Assembly (NCBI RefSeq): GCF_009914755.1
Contig: NC_060940.1
Reading direction: 5' to 3' (one strand)
From: the human T2T-CHM13v2.0 reference genome, Homo sapiens
DNA length: 64,000 nucleotides
Each line of letters opens with the position of its first letter. The stretch's first letter is position 1. Shown one piece after another: positions 1 to 13,920 of this stretch. Under the pieces are notes generated by a model, which was not told the DNA's origin, did no database searches, and was given only the letters and a program-made list of their open reading frames with translations. A program made the translations under genes and the position numbers.

Positions 1-190
1 TTCTTAATTTCTCTAATTACAGTTTTTTTTAAATTATCTAAGTGGGTATAATCCTACCCACTGCTAAGGAATTTTGTGGAGATTAAATGTGTTAATAAAC
101 AAAATGTGTTTATAAATAAAATGTGTTAATAAATGAAACAATTCTATTGTAATCAGCTCAGGTTAAACACTTAGAATAGTTTAATTGTTA
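1..190 (+). mobile_element. MIR SINE fragment
   Basis: Resembles MIR core/3' (gggtataatcctaccca...ttttgtggagattaaatg); highly diverged. Confidence 0.55.
85..135. repeat. 17-bp tandem repeat x3 (aaatgtgttaataaa-a)
   Basis: Units at 85-101, 102-118 and 119-135. Confidence 0.85.
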
Positions 191-1406
191 TTATTAACAC
201 AACTACATGTGCATTTAATCAAGTTCTTATATTTTTTAAGCCTCAATGTCTTTATCAAATAGATCCAAGAATAAATCATTTGTAATGTTAATACGTTTGA
301 AGTGTTGTTGCGATGGTCACTTAAGAAACATAAATATCTTTGCCTAGTGTATAGCACAAAGATGCCTTTAGGGAAAAAAAAGTGCTTTCTTTATTGTATG
401 CAATCAACAAGTAAAATATTAAAATATTATATATATATATTTTCATATGGTGGCATTGACAGGCTTCAAAATTAACTGCAGTGTATTTCTATTTTATTAT
501 TCACCTGAGCTGGTGCTAGCAGCAGATTCTGCCTGGAGTAATTGTTCAGATCAGTGGTCTATGGCCAAGGACAGAAGAAATGAGACTTTTAATTAATAGA
601 GTGGAAACCAGAGAGATATAATAGTTGGGGCATCTGCTAAACTATAAATCTCTAAACAGAAATGACTCTGTTTGATTGCAACTCAATATTTAGAAATTAT
701 AAGATGCAACATGGAGTTCATCTCAAATAAAGAGTTCTTATTTAACTTAGAATGTAAACCTACAGTGCATTAATGCATGTCCAATTGAATTTTATTGTGA
801 TAGAATAAAAAAGGAGGCTTAACATATTTTATTAAATGCATGCATTTGCCATCAAAATATCAACTAAAATGATAGCAGATGACTCATTTTTTTAAAAAAA
901 ATTAATACACCTAAGTACTAGAAGAATGAGAAAAGATATTTGTACGTGAATAGTTCAGCACATACTTAAAATATTTATAGCAGGTAAATCATTGTTAATT
1001 TTCTTAACAGAAAGTAGAGAATTAAAAATTAAAAAGTGTAATGCTGTAAGAAAAAAATAAGTGGATTCACCCAGAATTAGCCGGCTCAGAAATTGGAGGC
1101 AGGAATATGTGATGTTTAAAAGATACATGAACAATAGTCAGACTCCAACTTCCACTGTTCCTTCAAAACCCATGTATGCCACGTTTCTGCTCAGGAGAAA
1201 CTGAACCAGAGATGGTCTGGATGCAAGGACCTTGAGGCACAACAGAAGATCTGGGAGAAACATAATCATAAATGGAAGGAGTGCTTAAGTGCACTTCTAT
1301 TCACTGAAATGTGAACGTCATCTTACTCAAAATCTATCCCTGCTATTGAGCTCCCAGGATTCTGGCAGCCATATTTACAGAGCCCATTTTGGAAACTTGG
1401 AGAAGG

Positions 1407-1410
<4 letters not shown>

Positions 1411-1441
<31 letters not shown>

Positions 1442-1444
1442 TAT
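1411..1444. repeat. (TAT)n microsatellite
   Basis: Directly visible. Confidence 0.95.
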
Positions 1445-1874
1445 TCTTTCAGAAATCAAATGCCTCTAGGGAAATATCTTTTAGTTTTCCCTCTTCACCC
1501 TCCATTGAGTTCTACCAGTTGACAATAGCAACTGTTGAACCAGAGCGCTCCAGAACACACTCGGTGATTTTTAAATATGAACAGTGATCCAAGTATCACC
1601 AGACATTAGAGGAGGGTCTCTATTATAAAGCTAGAACCCAAAACAAATGAATGGGAAGGAAAAGAATAGGAAATGCATATAGTCTTTGGAGAGGACAATC
1701 AAAACCTTACATCAACAGGAATATGTAATATTTTTAGAGAAAGTAAAAAAAAAAAGTTTCAACCAAGAAACAAAAGGAAGAGGCTGTATAAAATAAATAG
1801 GAAATACAAAATATTTCTAGGAAATTCAAAATACGATAGCTTAAATTAATAAAAAATTTAAAACCTATACATGT

Positions 1875-2450
1875 TGTAAACCAAAAGTAAAATGGTAAGC
1901 CCTCAGCCATCTGAATGGACCTTCTCCCCTGGACAAGAACATTCCAAAGTCAGTTCAGGACATAATGGGAAGGGGGAGCCAGACATGCCTCATTATATCC
2001 TCCTCCCTTTTGGAATTACTGATAGAACAGACTCTTTAAGTCTGGTAAGAAACATTTACAATCTATTCTCTTTAGAGATTGCTAACTGGAGTATTCATCT
2101 GCATATTAAACTTTGATCTCCAAAACTCCTTATTGTAACCCAGGCATTCATTTCTAATGATAACTCTTTCAACAGATTACCAATCAGAAAATCTTTGAAT
2201 GCACCTATGACTTGGAAACCCCCACTTCCAGTTACTCCACCTTTCTGGACTGAACCAATGTATGTCTTACATGTATTGATTGATGCCTTATGGCTCTCTA
2301 AAATGTATAAAACAAAGCTGTGGCCTAACCACCTTGGGCACGTGGTCTCAGAATCTCCCGAGGATTGTGTCATGGGCCATTGGTCACTCAGATTTGGTTC
2401 AGAATAAATCTCTCCAAATATGTTACAGAGTTTGACTCTTTTAGTTGATA
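1875..2450 (+). mobile_element. MER4B-like solo LTR (ERV1)
   Basis: Starts tgtaaaccaaaa and ends ...cagaataaatctct...tttgactcttttagttgata; perfect 4-bp TSD atgt (1871-74 / 2451-54). Confidence 0.88.
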
Positions 2451-2781
2451 ATGTGTTGGATGATAATATCAAGGAATCACTGAGAAAGTGGCATAAAAAT
2501 AATCAGGGAAGCATATCAAGAATCATACATAAAGATCCTTGTGGTGTGTTTTGCAATATAAGCTATTAGAAACAATTCAAATGATTAAAGATGGTTTAGG
2601 GTTGTATTCACACAAACATTGTATGTGGATAACAACATATGTAAGTTATTTGTTATAAGCACTGTTAGACAGATATGTGAATACTGTCTAATGGCATGAC
2701 TCCCATACAGAAAAACTGAAAAATCTGAAAAATACATCTAACAGTTAATGGTGGCTTCCACTGGGTTTTTAGATCATAAGG

Positions 2782-3670
2782 TGTCAACTAACAACAAAAT
2801 TCTAAGCCTCCCAACAATCTAAATGGACCTTTCTTCTTGGGAAGGGCATTCCAGAGTTAACCTGAAAAACTATTCAGACCATGATGGGAAGTGGGGGTAA
2901 GACATGCCTCATTATCCCCCACTTCCTTTCAAAATTCAGGCATAGCTGATCAGCATTAACAATAAAACAGATCTTACAGCTGACAAAGCTGAATCTGTAG
3001 CAATGAGATACCAAATTACAGCCTGACTCTAGCACAGCATTGCATGACAGATAGCAGGCCCTGAAACAAATCAAAGTATTTTACCTCAAATAATGTTTAT
3101 TTGCTATATCTTGAAATAGTCCTGCAAAGCTGTCTTTTGTGGGAAAAATCTACATTCTGAAAATAATCCCTTCCCTTTCCCAGGTTTTTTACCTGATTCA
3201 GAAGAAAATTAACTAAGATTCTGGCATTCTTTTAAGTCTGATAGAAAACATTTAAAATCTATTTGCACTGAAACTTGCTGCCTGGAGGATTCATATGGTA
3301 ATAGAAGAAACCATGGTCTCCTCAAGCTCTTATCTTAACCCAGACACTCCATTCTATTGACTCCAAGTCTGTACATAAACTCTTTAAACCAACTGCCAAT
3401 CAGAAAATCTTTAAATCCACCTATGACCTGGAAGCCATCCCCACCACTTTCTTCAAGTTGTCCCACCTTTCTATATCAAAACAATGTACATCTTACGTAT
3501 ATTGATTTCTAATATCTCTCATAATGTATAAAACCAAGCTGGAGCCCGACCACCTCGGACAAACGTTTTCAGGATCTCCTGGGGCCAAGTCACAGGCTAT
3601 TGGTCACTCATATTTGGCTCAGAATAAATCTCTGCAAATATTTTACAGAGTTTGACTCATTTCATTGCCA
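2782..3670 (+). mobile_element. MER4D-like solo LTR (ERV1)
   Basis: Same MER4 termini with about 300 bp extra internal sequence; perfect 4-bp TSD aagg (2778-81 / 3671-74). Confidence 0.85.
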
Positions 3671-4050
3671 AAGGAAATGAATGCTGTTATTTTAATAACT
3701 AGTCTGCATTTTCTAAATTGTATATAATTGATATATATTGCCGTTATTTGAGCAATTTAATATATAAAATAAGAATTAAAAACTTGATTTTCAGTTCCAG
3801 GTTCTTCATGCTCTTTACCAATTGTGTTAAATGACTTTCTTCTCTTTGTCTAAGAAGGCAGTGTAACTATGTCATCTATTCATTTGAACCACAACATTTA
3901 TTAAGCACTTATTATATGCCAGCCTTTGTATTAAGTACCGGGGATGTAGTGTTTACAAGATAAGTCAGTCTTTGCTATCATGAAATAAATAATCTAGAAG
4001 AGAAGATAGCTAAGAAACATAAAATCACATACATAAAAAAGAAAAGTGTG

Positions 4051-4406
4051 TGTATTAGTTAATTCTCACACTGCTATGAAGAACTGCCCAAGACTGGGTA
4101 ATTTATAAAGAAAACAGGTTTAATTGACTCAGTTCCACATGGCTGGGGAGGCCTCAGGAAACTTACAATCATGATGGGAGGGAAACAGGCACATCTTACA
4201 TGGCGTCAGATGAGAGAGAGAGAGCATGAAGGGGAAACAGTCCCTTATAAAACCATCAAATCTCATGAGAGCTCACTCATTATCGTGAGAACAGCATGGG
4301 GGACATCTCCCCCATGATCCAATCACCTAGCAGGTCCCTCCCTCAACACCTGGGGATTACAATTCGAGATGAGATTTCGGTGGAGACACAAAGTCAAATT
4401 ATGTCA
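4051..4406 (-). mobile_element. THE1D-like MaLR solo LTR
   Basis: tgtattagtt...ctgctatgaagaactgccc...gaggcctcaggaaacttacaatcatg...gacacaaagtcaaattatgtca; 356 bp. Confidence 0.88.
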
Positions 4407-4432
4407 GTACGGCTTGTAAAAAGTACCTTGAG

Positions 4433-5097
4433 TTGGTTCCAAGTCTTTGCTATTGTGAATAATGCCGCAATAAACATACGTGTGCATGTGTCTTTATAGC
4501 AGCATGATTTATAGTCATTTGGGTATATACCCAGTAATGGGATGGCTGGGTCAAATGGTATTTCTAGTTCTAGATCCCTGAGGAATCGCCACACTGACTT
4601 CCACAATGGTTGAACTAGTTTACAGTCCCACCAACAGTGTAAAAGTGTTCCTATTTCTCCACATCCTCTCCAGCACCTGTTGTTTCCTGACTTTTTAATG
4701 ATTGCCATTCTAACTGGTGTGAGATGATATCTCATAGTGGAATACTATGCAGCCATAAAAAATGATGAGTTCATGTCCTTTGTAGGGACATGGATGAAAT
4801 TGGAAACCATCATTCTCAGTAAACTATCCCAAGAACAAAAAACCAAACACCGCATATTCTCACTCATAGGTGGGAATTGAACAATGAGATCACATGGACA
4901 CAGGAAGGGGAATATCACACTCTGGGGACTGTGGTGGCGGGGCAGGGGGAGGGATAGCACTGGGAGATATACCTAATGCTAGATGACGAGTTAGTGGGTG
5001 CAGCGCACCAGCATGGCACATGTATACATAAGTAACTTACCTGCACAATGTGCACATGTACCCTAAAACTTAAAGTATAATTAAAAAAAAAAAAAAA
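4433..5097 (+). mobile_element. L1PA2-like 3' fragment with 5' inversion (twin priming)
   Basis: Antisense ORF2 C-terminal piece 4433-4740, then sense 3' end and poly(A); gatgacGAGttag (not the L1HS ACA/ACG); 15-bp TSD aaaaagt(a/g)ccttgag at 4418-32 / 5093-5107. Confidence 0.93.
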
Positions 5098-6809
5098 GTG
5101 CCTTGAGGAAAAACATTGGTTGAAAAGAATGAATATCAATTGGATGGTCAGGGAGCCCTCTCGAGAAAAGTTGACTTTTGACCTGAGAAATTAGACTATG
5201 AAGCCATATAAAAGGAGTGATGGGAAAGAAAACGAAAAAAAAAAAAAAAAACAGTGAGCATTATCCTCCAAAGTTGGAAAGGTCTCAATATAACTCAGAA
5301 TCAAAAAGAAGGTAAAAGCATAATTAGTAAAGGAAAGAAAGACGTGATAATTTTAGAGAAATTGGGAGACATGGAAGGAAGGATTTGAATCATGAGTGAT
5401 CCTAATTCATAGAGCTCTTTTGATTTTAGGCTAGAATTAACATGATCCATTTTACAAGATAATTATGGTTGTCAGGTGATGAATGAATGAGAAGATGTGA
5501 GAATGCCAGCAGGAACCATTTGGAAGCTACTGCATTAGCCCATGTAAACAGGATGGTGTAATAAATTCAAACTATACCTTGCAGATTAGTGGTTTGTTTT
5601 ATTCCTGGAAGGACTACTTCACTGTAAAGGGACAAAACACAATGCCACAATAGATGTCCTCTGCTCTGGCTTCTGCTTTGTCACTATTGAAGAACATGGA
5701 CTACTCAAAAGGAGATTCCAGGTTAGAGGCACTGTTATCTGAAAGCACATCGCTTATTGCTCATTACTAATTTTGGTAATAATGTTAAGCAGCACAACTG
5801 TATGGCCTGAGAGAAAACATTGTAGACAGAGAAAACATTTTTTTCTCTAAGCTAATCTTTAAATTGTGTTATTATTGTTATTAACCATAGAAAAGCAACC
5901 CTACATATGCACCAGAATCATTGACAATTCCCTGTTATAATACAGGATTGAAGGCACCGTGCTCAGACCTCTTGAATCAGATTTGCCTGGGTTAAAGCTC
6001 TGGATGCTGCATTTTAATGTACTTGCCATGCACACTCCCCAGGGGCTTAACTATGCAACAGATAAGGGAACTACTCTTCCAGGCTACATCATAACAGGCT
6101 GTCCTGACACCAACCACACCTGCATCTTCATTTTTTTGGGGGAAGTTACCATATAGGGAGTGACAATCAACCAATGCAACATAATACAAAATTAAAACCT
6201 AATTTTAGACTCAAAGTACTGCTATTTCCTCATGTTTTTGAATTCAAGTTTATTCAGAATTAATTTACCTAATGATCAACAGGAAAAAAAATAGGTAAGT
6301 GTTTTCTATCCGAATGAAAATTCAAAATCGAATGTGGTTTCTTAAGAACAAATGTGATTTCTTTTGAGATTTTCTTATCTGATTTTTAAGGAAAATTCAA
6401 AAACTTACTTAAAGTAAATATTTTATTAAAAAGGACACTCTGTAAGGAGGAATAAATGTAGCATTCTGGAAGTCAACATAATCTAGGTCCTCTAGAAATC
6501 ACATTTTTTTATTTTCTGTTTAATATACTATGCATTTTTTAGTCTAAGTAGTAGGGATTTGAATAGATAGCTGTTCAAGTAGATAAAGCATTAGTTTAAT
6601 ACAAGGCATTAAAGACTACAAAGAAATTGCCAATTTCTCTTCCCTGCCATAAAGAGGAAGACACTATAGTATGATCACAAGGTCATTTCTACCTTAACAT
6701 TCTGATTCTGATGTTGTTGCATATCTTGTGCAAATCACATGCTCTTTTCCATTTTTTTCAACATACAAAATGGAACATGAAGATCACAAATATTCATTTA
6801 CTCTATGCT

Positions 6810-6975
6810 ACCTGCAAACAGTACTCACAGCTTTATCTGTGATATAACACTAACCCTCTGCAAAAATGCAATATGATAGTTAGCAATATTGTAACATTCT
6901 TTCACACGAGAAAAGTGCGTCTCGGTGTGGTTAAATTATTTGGGTAACGTTATACAGATCATAGGGGAAACGCAC
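6810..6975 (-). mobile_element. MIR fragment
   Basis: Reverse MIR core (gagaaaagtgcgtctcggtgtggttaaattatttggg). Confidence 0.5.
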
Positions 6976-8062
6976 TTTGGTCTAATTTGCAATATATGCT
7001 TTTCTCTGCTATGTCAAATTTTCCCCCATAATGAGTTCTTTTTAATTTTTTTGTAGAATTAACTACAAGTTTTCATATTAAATTCTAATGCTCCTCAGGG
7101 GCATAGAAAGGACAAAGTCATAAGTTGTTTTTAATTTCTGCTTTGGTCTATAGCCACATTATAGCTATACACTGGCCAGAGGAAAATAAATGGACAAAAA
7201 ATTCAGTAAAGCAGATCCTAATGCACTATACAGAATGAAGAATCATGGAACGCTGCATATTATGATTATTCTATTCATGGGACAGTAAATAATTTTTATC
7301 TCTTGCAGCAACTCTAATCCATAAATACAGAATTCCAATAGCCATGTGCAGAGAAAGGTTGCTGATGCAATTTATCAAAAAAGGTACCAGGATCAATTAG
7401 CAAGGTCTAACTAACATGGGTGGAGCAGGTGGAAGGGGTGGCTTTTATTCTGGTTCAGGTATTCCTTAGAGACATTGCAGGTTTGGTTCCAGATTATCAC
7501 AATAAAGCGAATATCACAATAAAATGAATCATATGATTTTTTTTGCTTTTCTAGTTCATATTAAAGTTGCATTTGTACTGTAATCTATTAAGTGTTTAAT
7601 AGCATTATGTCCAAAAATCAATGCACATATCTTAATTAAAAATATTGCTAAAATCTGCTAGTGATCATCTGACTCTTTAGTGAATCATAAACTTTTTGCT
7701 GGTGGAGGATCTTGCCTTGATGTTGCTGACTGATAAGGGTAGTAGTTGCTGAAGGCTGGGGTAGCTATGTTAAGTTCTCAAAATAATAATAATAAAATAA
7801 CATTTACCACACCGATCAACTCTTTCTTTTAAGAAAGATTTTTCTGTAGTATGCAATACCATTTAATAGCATTTTACCAACAGTAGATCTTTTTCAGGAA
7901 TTGAAATCAATACACTCAAACCTTGCCACTGCTTTATCAACTAAGTTTACTTATTTTCTAAATCCTTTGTTGTTATTTCAGCATTGTTGACAGCATCTTC
8001 ACCAGGAGTAGATTCCATCTCACGAAATAACTTTCTTTACTCATCTAAAAGAAGCAACTCCT

Positions 8063-8357
<295 letters not shown>

Positions 8358-8793
8358 TGGCAACTCCTCATTCATTCAAGTTTTATCATGAAATTGTAGC
8401 AATGCAGTCACATCTCCAGGTTCCTGTTTTAATTCTAGTTATCTTGCTATTTCTACTACACGTGCAATTATATCCTTCACTGAAGTCTTGAACTTCTCAA
8501 AGTTATCTATGAGGGTTCTAAATCAACTTTTTCAACCTTCTGTTATTGTTGGTATTTTGACCTCCTCCTATGAATCACAAATGCTCTTAATAACATCTAA
8601 AATAGTCTTTTCCAGAAAGTTCTTTTATTTATTTTGCCCAGATTCATCAAAAGAAACATTATCTATGGCAGCCATAGCCTTATAAAATGCATTTCCAGTA
8701 CCTGGAAGTTGAAAATACTTCTCGTTCCATAGGCTGCAGAATGGATGTTGTGTTAATAGGCATGAAAACATCATTGCTATCCTTATTCATCTC

Positions 8794-9080
8794 TGCTGGG
8801 CATAGTGGCTCATGCCTGCAATCCCAGCAATTTGGGAGACTGAGGCAGGCACATCATTTGAGGTCAGGAATTTAAGACCAGCCTGGCTAACATGGCTTAA
8901 GTCTCCATTAAGAATACAAAACTTAGCTGGACATGGTGGTGCACACCTGTAGTCCCAGCTACTTGGGAGACTGAGGCAGAAGAATCCTGCAGAGTTTCCA
9001 GTGAGCCGAGATCATGCCACTGCACTCCAGCCTGGGTAACAGAGCAAGACTCCCTCTCAAAAACAAAACAAAACATAAAC
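8794..9080 (+). mobile_element. AluS with small internal deletions
   Basis: Dimeric Alu with (A4C)n tail, inside Tigger1. Confidence 0.9.
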
Positions 9081-10709
9081 ATTCTTATCCCTCTCCATCA
9101 GAGCTCTTGGGTGACTGGGTGTATTATCAATGAGCAGTAATTTTTAAAGGAATCTTTTTACCTGAACAGGTCTCAAGAGTAGGCTTAAAATATTTCGTAA
9201 AGCATGCTATAAACTGGTGTATCATCACGCAGGCTTTGTTGTTTTATTGACAGACCACAGGCAGAGTACCTTTAGCATAATTCTTAAGGGCCTCAAGATT
9301 TTTGGTAAATGATCATGGCTTCAACCTAAAGTCACGAGCTGCATTAGTTCCTAACAAGAGAATCAGCCTGTTCTTTGAAGCTTTGAAGTCAGGCTTTGAC
9401 TTCCCCTTTCTAGCTGTGAAAGTTCTGATAGTATCTTCTTCCAATAGAAGGCCATTTTGTCTACATTGAAAATCTGCTGTTTACTGTAGCCATCTTCATC
9501 AATTATCTTAGTTACATCTTCTGGATTACTTGCTGCAGCTTCTGTGTCAGCACTTGCGGTTTACCTTGCACTTTTATGTTATAGAAACAACTTCTTTCCC
9601 TAAACCTCATGAACCAACCTCTGCTACCTCCATGCTTTTATTCCACAGTTTTCTCACTTCCCTCACCTTTTTAGAATTAAAGACAGTTGCAGCCTCGCTC
9701 TGGGTTAGGCTCCGGTTTATAGGTATGTTGTGGCTGGTTTGATCTTCTACCCAGACCACTCAAACTTTCTCCATATCAGCCGTAAAGCTGTTTCACTTTT
9801 TTAACATTTGTATGTTCTCTGAAGTAGCATTTTTAATTTTTTTCAAGAACTCTTTCTTTGCTTTCAAAACTTGGCTAATGGTTGACACAACAGGCCTAGC
9901 TTTTGGTATTTCCAGGCTGTTGACACAACTTCCTCACTAAGCTTAATCAATTTTAGCTGCTGATTCAAAGTGAGAGAGGTGCAACTCTTTTTTTTTTTTT
10001 TCACTTGAACACTTAGAGGCCATTGTAGGGTTATCAATTTGTCTAATTTCAGTATTGTCATATCTCAGGGAATAGAGAGAGAGAGATGGGGCAATGGTAG
10101 GTGGAGCAATCAGAATACATGTAATATATATAGACAAAGTTTGCTGTTTTATATGGGCATAGTTTGTGATGCCCCAAAGCAATTAAAATAGGAACATCAA
10201 AGATCATTCATCACAGATCACCATAACAGATATAATAATAATGAAAATCTTTAAAATATTGCAAGAATTCCCCAAATGCAACACAGAGACATGAAGTGAG
10301 CATATGCTGTTAGAAAAATGGTTGCCACAAGCTTTCAATTTGTAACAAACACAATATCTGTGAAATGCAATAAAGTGAAGCATGATAAAAAGAGGCGTGC
10401 CTGTAATTTCTAGCTCTTTCCTTACCAGCAATGTAATGTTGGCCAAGTGACTTCCTCATTTCATTCCTTAATACTTAAGTAGTGCTAACATCCACCTCTT
10501 CGTGTTGGGGAATCATTACATAAGTGTTGTAGTTTCTATAAATTGTCTGCCCCAGTACCCCATTATTTTATTGCTGTACTGGGAGCTTTAGCACAGCTTT
10601 AATGAGTTGCAGGTACTTCATGTCTCACTTAGTCCGTTACATCTCTTCACAAATGCACGTGCTTCTTTTTGGATTATTCTTCCCTCCATCTCTTATGGGA
10701 AACCCTAGT

Positions 10710-10890
10710 TATAAACAGGCTTTGGAGCCCAACAGTGCTGGGTTTAATTCTGTCTCTGCCAAAGAATCTGTGTGTTTTGGCAATTTATTTTAACTTTATC
10801 AGCCTCGGTTTCCTCATCTGTCAAATGTGGCTTCTCATAGTATAACACAGAATTTACAGAGTGGTTGTGAAGATCAAATCAAGTGAGGAA
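10710..10890 (+). mobile_element. MIR
   Basis: ggctttggagcc...gcctcggtttcctcatctgtcaaatg...gtggttgtgaagatcaaat. Confidence 0.8.
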
Positions 10891-11287
10891 ATTTCTATTT
10901 TAGATTATGCCAAATATCTAATAAAAAGTAACTGTAATAATAAAATTATAAACTAATTACACAATAATTTTATGTATTATGAATGATTATAATACTTTCC
11001 ATTTTATTATCTGCAAGCATGAATCTTCAAAGTAAAATCCAAAAAACCATTTTTATTCTAATCCACACATTATTTTCTTCCCAAGAATAAAATTGAGCCA
11101 GGTTTACCTTGCAGAAATATATTTCTTAGGGGAAGAACCTTACATATTATATCATAAAGGCCACTTTATTTTTTATTGTATTTTCAGACCTGACATATAA
11201 GAATGCCCAACTAGATTTATATTGGCAGTTTTATAATACATTAAGTAGAAATGTTATTTTCTCCTTCCAAAAATCCAAATATTTTAA

Positions 11288-11545
11288 ATCTCAAATGTCG
11301 CCTCCGCAGAGTTACCTTCCCTGAATACTCCTTCTGAAATAAAGCCTTGAGCCCAGCCATCAAATTATCTCTTTACATTTTGTTTCACAGAAGCAATCAT
11401 TTCTCAACATTACACTACATATTTATCTGATTTCTACTTTTTTTGTTTTACTCTGCTAGACTGTAAGCTCCATAAGGACAAGGAACTTGTCTAGTTTACT
11501 GCTTGAATCTCCAGCTGTTATGATAATGCCTGGCACATATGTTGG
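11288..11545 (+). mobile_element. L2 3' end
   Basis: ctagactgtaagctccataaggacaaggaac...gcctggcacata. Confidence 0.8.
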
Positions 11546-11554
11546 ATCTTGTTT

Positions 11555-12100
11555 TCACTTTTTTCTTTTGACGTATGTATAGAGCCACAAGAAGTTACAA
11601 ATATATTACAGAGATGTCCTGTGTACTTGTAATTCAGTTGACTCCAGCGCTAACATCCTACATAATAGTACACTAGGAAACAGAAAATGGACATTATTGG
11701 AACCAAACAACTAGAGGACTTAGATCTCATGAGTTTGTGTGCTCATTTTTTTTTGCACATGTTTGTGTATAGGTCTACATTTTATCACATTTATAGATTT
11801 GTGTTAACTACGATCACCATCAAGATACAGAGCTATCATCTCATCTCAAAACTCCCACATCTCAAAACACCAGAATTGTTTTATATATGCATCTCCTCTC
11901 CTTCCCTAACCCCTTGCAACCACTGATCTGTTCCCCATCTCTATAATTTTGTTATTTTTAGAATGTTATATAAATTTACTCATATTATATGCATATATAA
12001 TAGCTATTTTCACTCAGCACAAATAATACCCTTGAAATTTATCAAAATTTTTATATGTACCAATAGTCTGTTCCTTTTTATTATTTAGTTGTATTCCATA
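11555..12100 (-). mobile_element. Old L1M (L1MC-like) 3' UTR fragment
   Basis: caaccactgatctgttccccatctctataattttgttattttagaatgttatataaat, typical of reverse L1MC. Confidence 0.65.
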
Positions 12101-12223
12101 TTTCTACTAATTATGTCATTAAGTAAATCCCACTTTCTATGATTTATATTACATCTTTCAAAGTCATGTAAAATATTTGCATTGTTATCACTTTATTTCA
12201 ACATATTAACCTGCCACTTATCT

Positions 12224-12701
12224 TGTCCAGGACACTGTATATCTTTATATTGTAAAATTTTAAAATGTCATATTTTCCTCCTGCCTCCACATCCTTATAA
12301 GCAGCTGTGAACACCCTGCCCAGGTGGTCAGGTGCACTAAATGATAAGGAGGTACCTGCCACAATTTCCCTTCTTGCCCTCCCCTGACTGTTGAACTAGT
12401 GACATTCAAACACACTAACGAAATTCTCTCATTCTTTTTGCTTGTGTACACCCCCCAGGTTTCCAATAAAGCAGTTGCCCATAGATCCTCTCTCTCTCAG
12501 CTCTACCTGGTTGGCTGAGCCTACTTCCCTGGAGCTACTCCCATACGGCTTCTTGAGCAGCATGCCACTCCTTTCTCTCTAAGATATGAGTGTAATAAAT
12601 CATTTTATTTCATATGCCTCTGAGAGTGTAATTTCCAGGGCAGTGTGGGAATGATCCTTAAAGGCTCCACGAGGGGAACTTACTTTCCCATTTGTAATAC
12701 A
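12224..12701 (+). mobile_element. ERVL-class solo LTR (LTR41-like, uncertain)
   Basis: TG...CA termini, about 480 bp, AATAAA signals; subfamily recalled only tentatively. Confidence 0.5.
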
Positions 12702-13253
12702 ATCCTTCAGCAAGTAGGGGACATTTCTAAATGAAAATGTGATTGACTCTGATCTCAGCTGACAGCTAAAGAAGGTTCTCAGTCTTTATGCCTGTGATGT
12801 TTCAGTGTGTATGGTCTTTCATCACTTCCTACAGTTGACATATGGCAGTGCCTAACACACTGGAATGGCTTCTCTGTTTACATCCTTCTGCTTTTCTTTT
12901 CTCTCCTTGTTTTGAGAATAGGCAACATTCTAAGTGGACTTAAGAGGAAAGAAAATCCTCATTAAACTGGTAATAAACAATTTTATTTTGTCTTTAGAAA
13001 ATCTTCTCAATATTTTTTTCTTAAAAATTACATAAGAAAAGGAAAAAGCCCTAGAAGTTCAGATCTAGCATGTAAGGCATAAGACCCAGAAAGGCAAATT
13101 TTAAGGTATCCCAAGAAACATGTCATTCTTAGAGAATTTCTAGAATTATTTAAGGAAAGCACACAAACAAAAACAAGAATCCCAGTGCTGTATAATATAC
13201 AAAAATTAGGCAGAGTAAATACTTTATAATGAATGGGTTTCAAACTTTAATTA

Positions 13254-13655
<402 letters not shown>

Positions 13656-13839
13656 TCATATTATATTAGTTTGCTGGAATATGACTAACATGACTAACTG
13701 CAACACATACCCACCCCCCGCCCCCCCAAAAAAAATCAGGAATAGAAGAGATGAAGCCATCCACAAAAGTCAGCAAGCAAGACACAAACCTATAGTTCTT
13801 AAATAACTAGTTTTCTTGGCTTTACAATATGCCACCTCA

Positions 13840-13920
13840 TTTACTGCTCCCAAGAGCTTTGTGAGGTAGGCACACTTTTTCCTATAGTAGACTAGTAAAA
13901 TGAGATTTAGAGATATCAAA
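13840..13920 (-). mobile_element. MIR, first part (split by MLT1A; remainder inverted at 14985-15068)
   Basis: gtgaggtagg...aaaatgagatttagagat, reverse MIR core. Confidence 0.65.

Larger units (their letters stand above)
3870..5560 (-). mobile_element. L2 LINE 3' region interrupted by a THE1 LTR and an L1PA2
   Basis: Reverse L2 3' end (cattta ttaagcacttattatatgccag...) at 3870-4020; L2-like sequence resumes at 5140-5560. Confidence 0.6.

Noticed and set aside
85-135. Short direct repeats resembling a CRISPR array
   Set aside because: Eukaryotic DNA; the units are contiguous with no spacers
1875-3670. Collapsed provirus (LTR-internal-LTR)
   Set aside because: Each LTR has its own TSD and they differ in length
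4394-4735. 113-aa ORF with a CCHC motif
   Set aside because: The L1 ORF2 C-terminus in the inverted segment, not a host gene
7438-7448. gtggcttttat matching the unique part of the AluSc insert
   Set aside because: Only 11 nt and no adjacent (CA)n; compatible with chance
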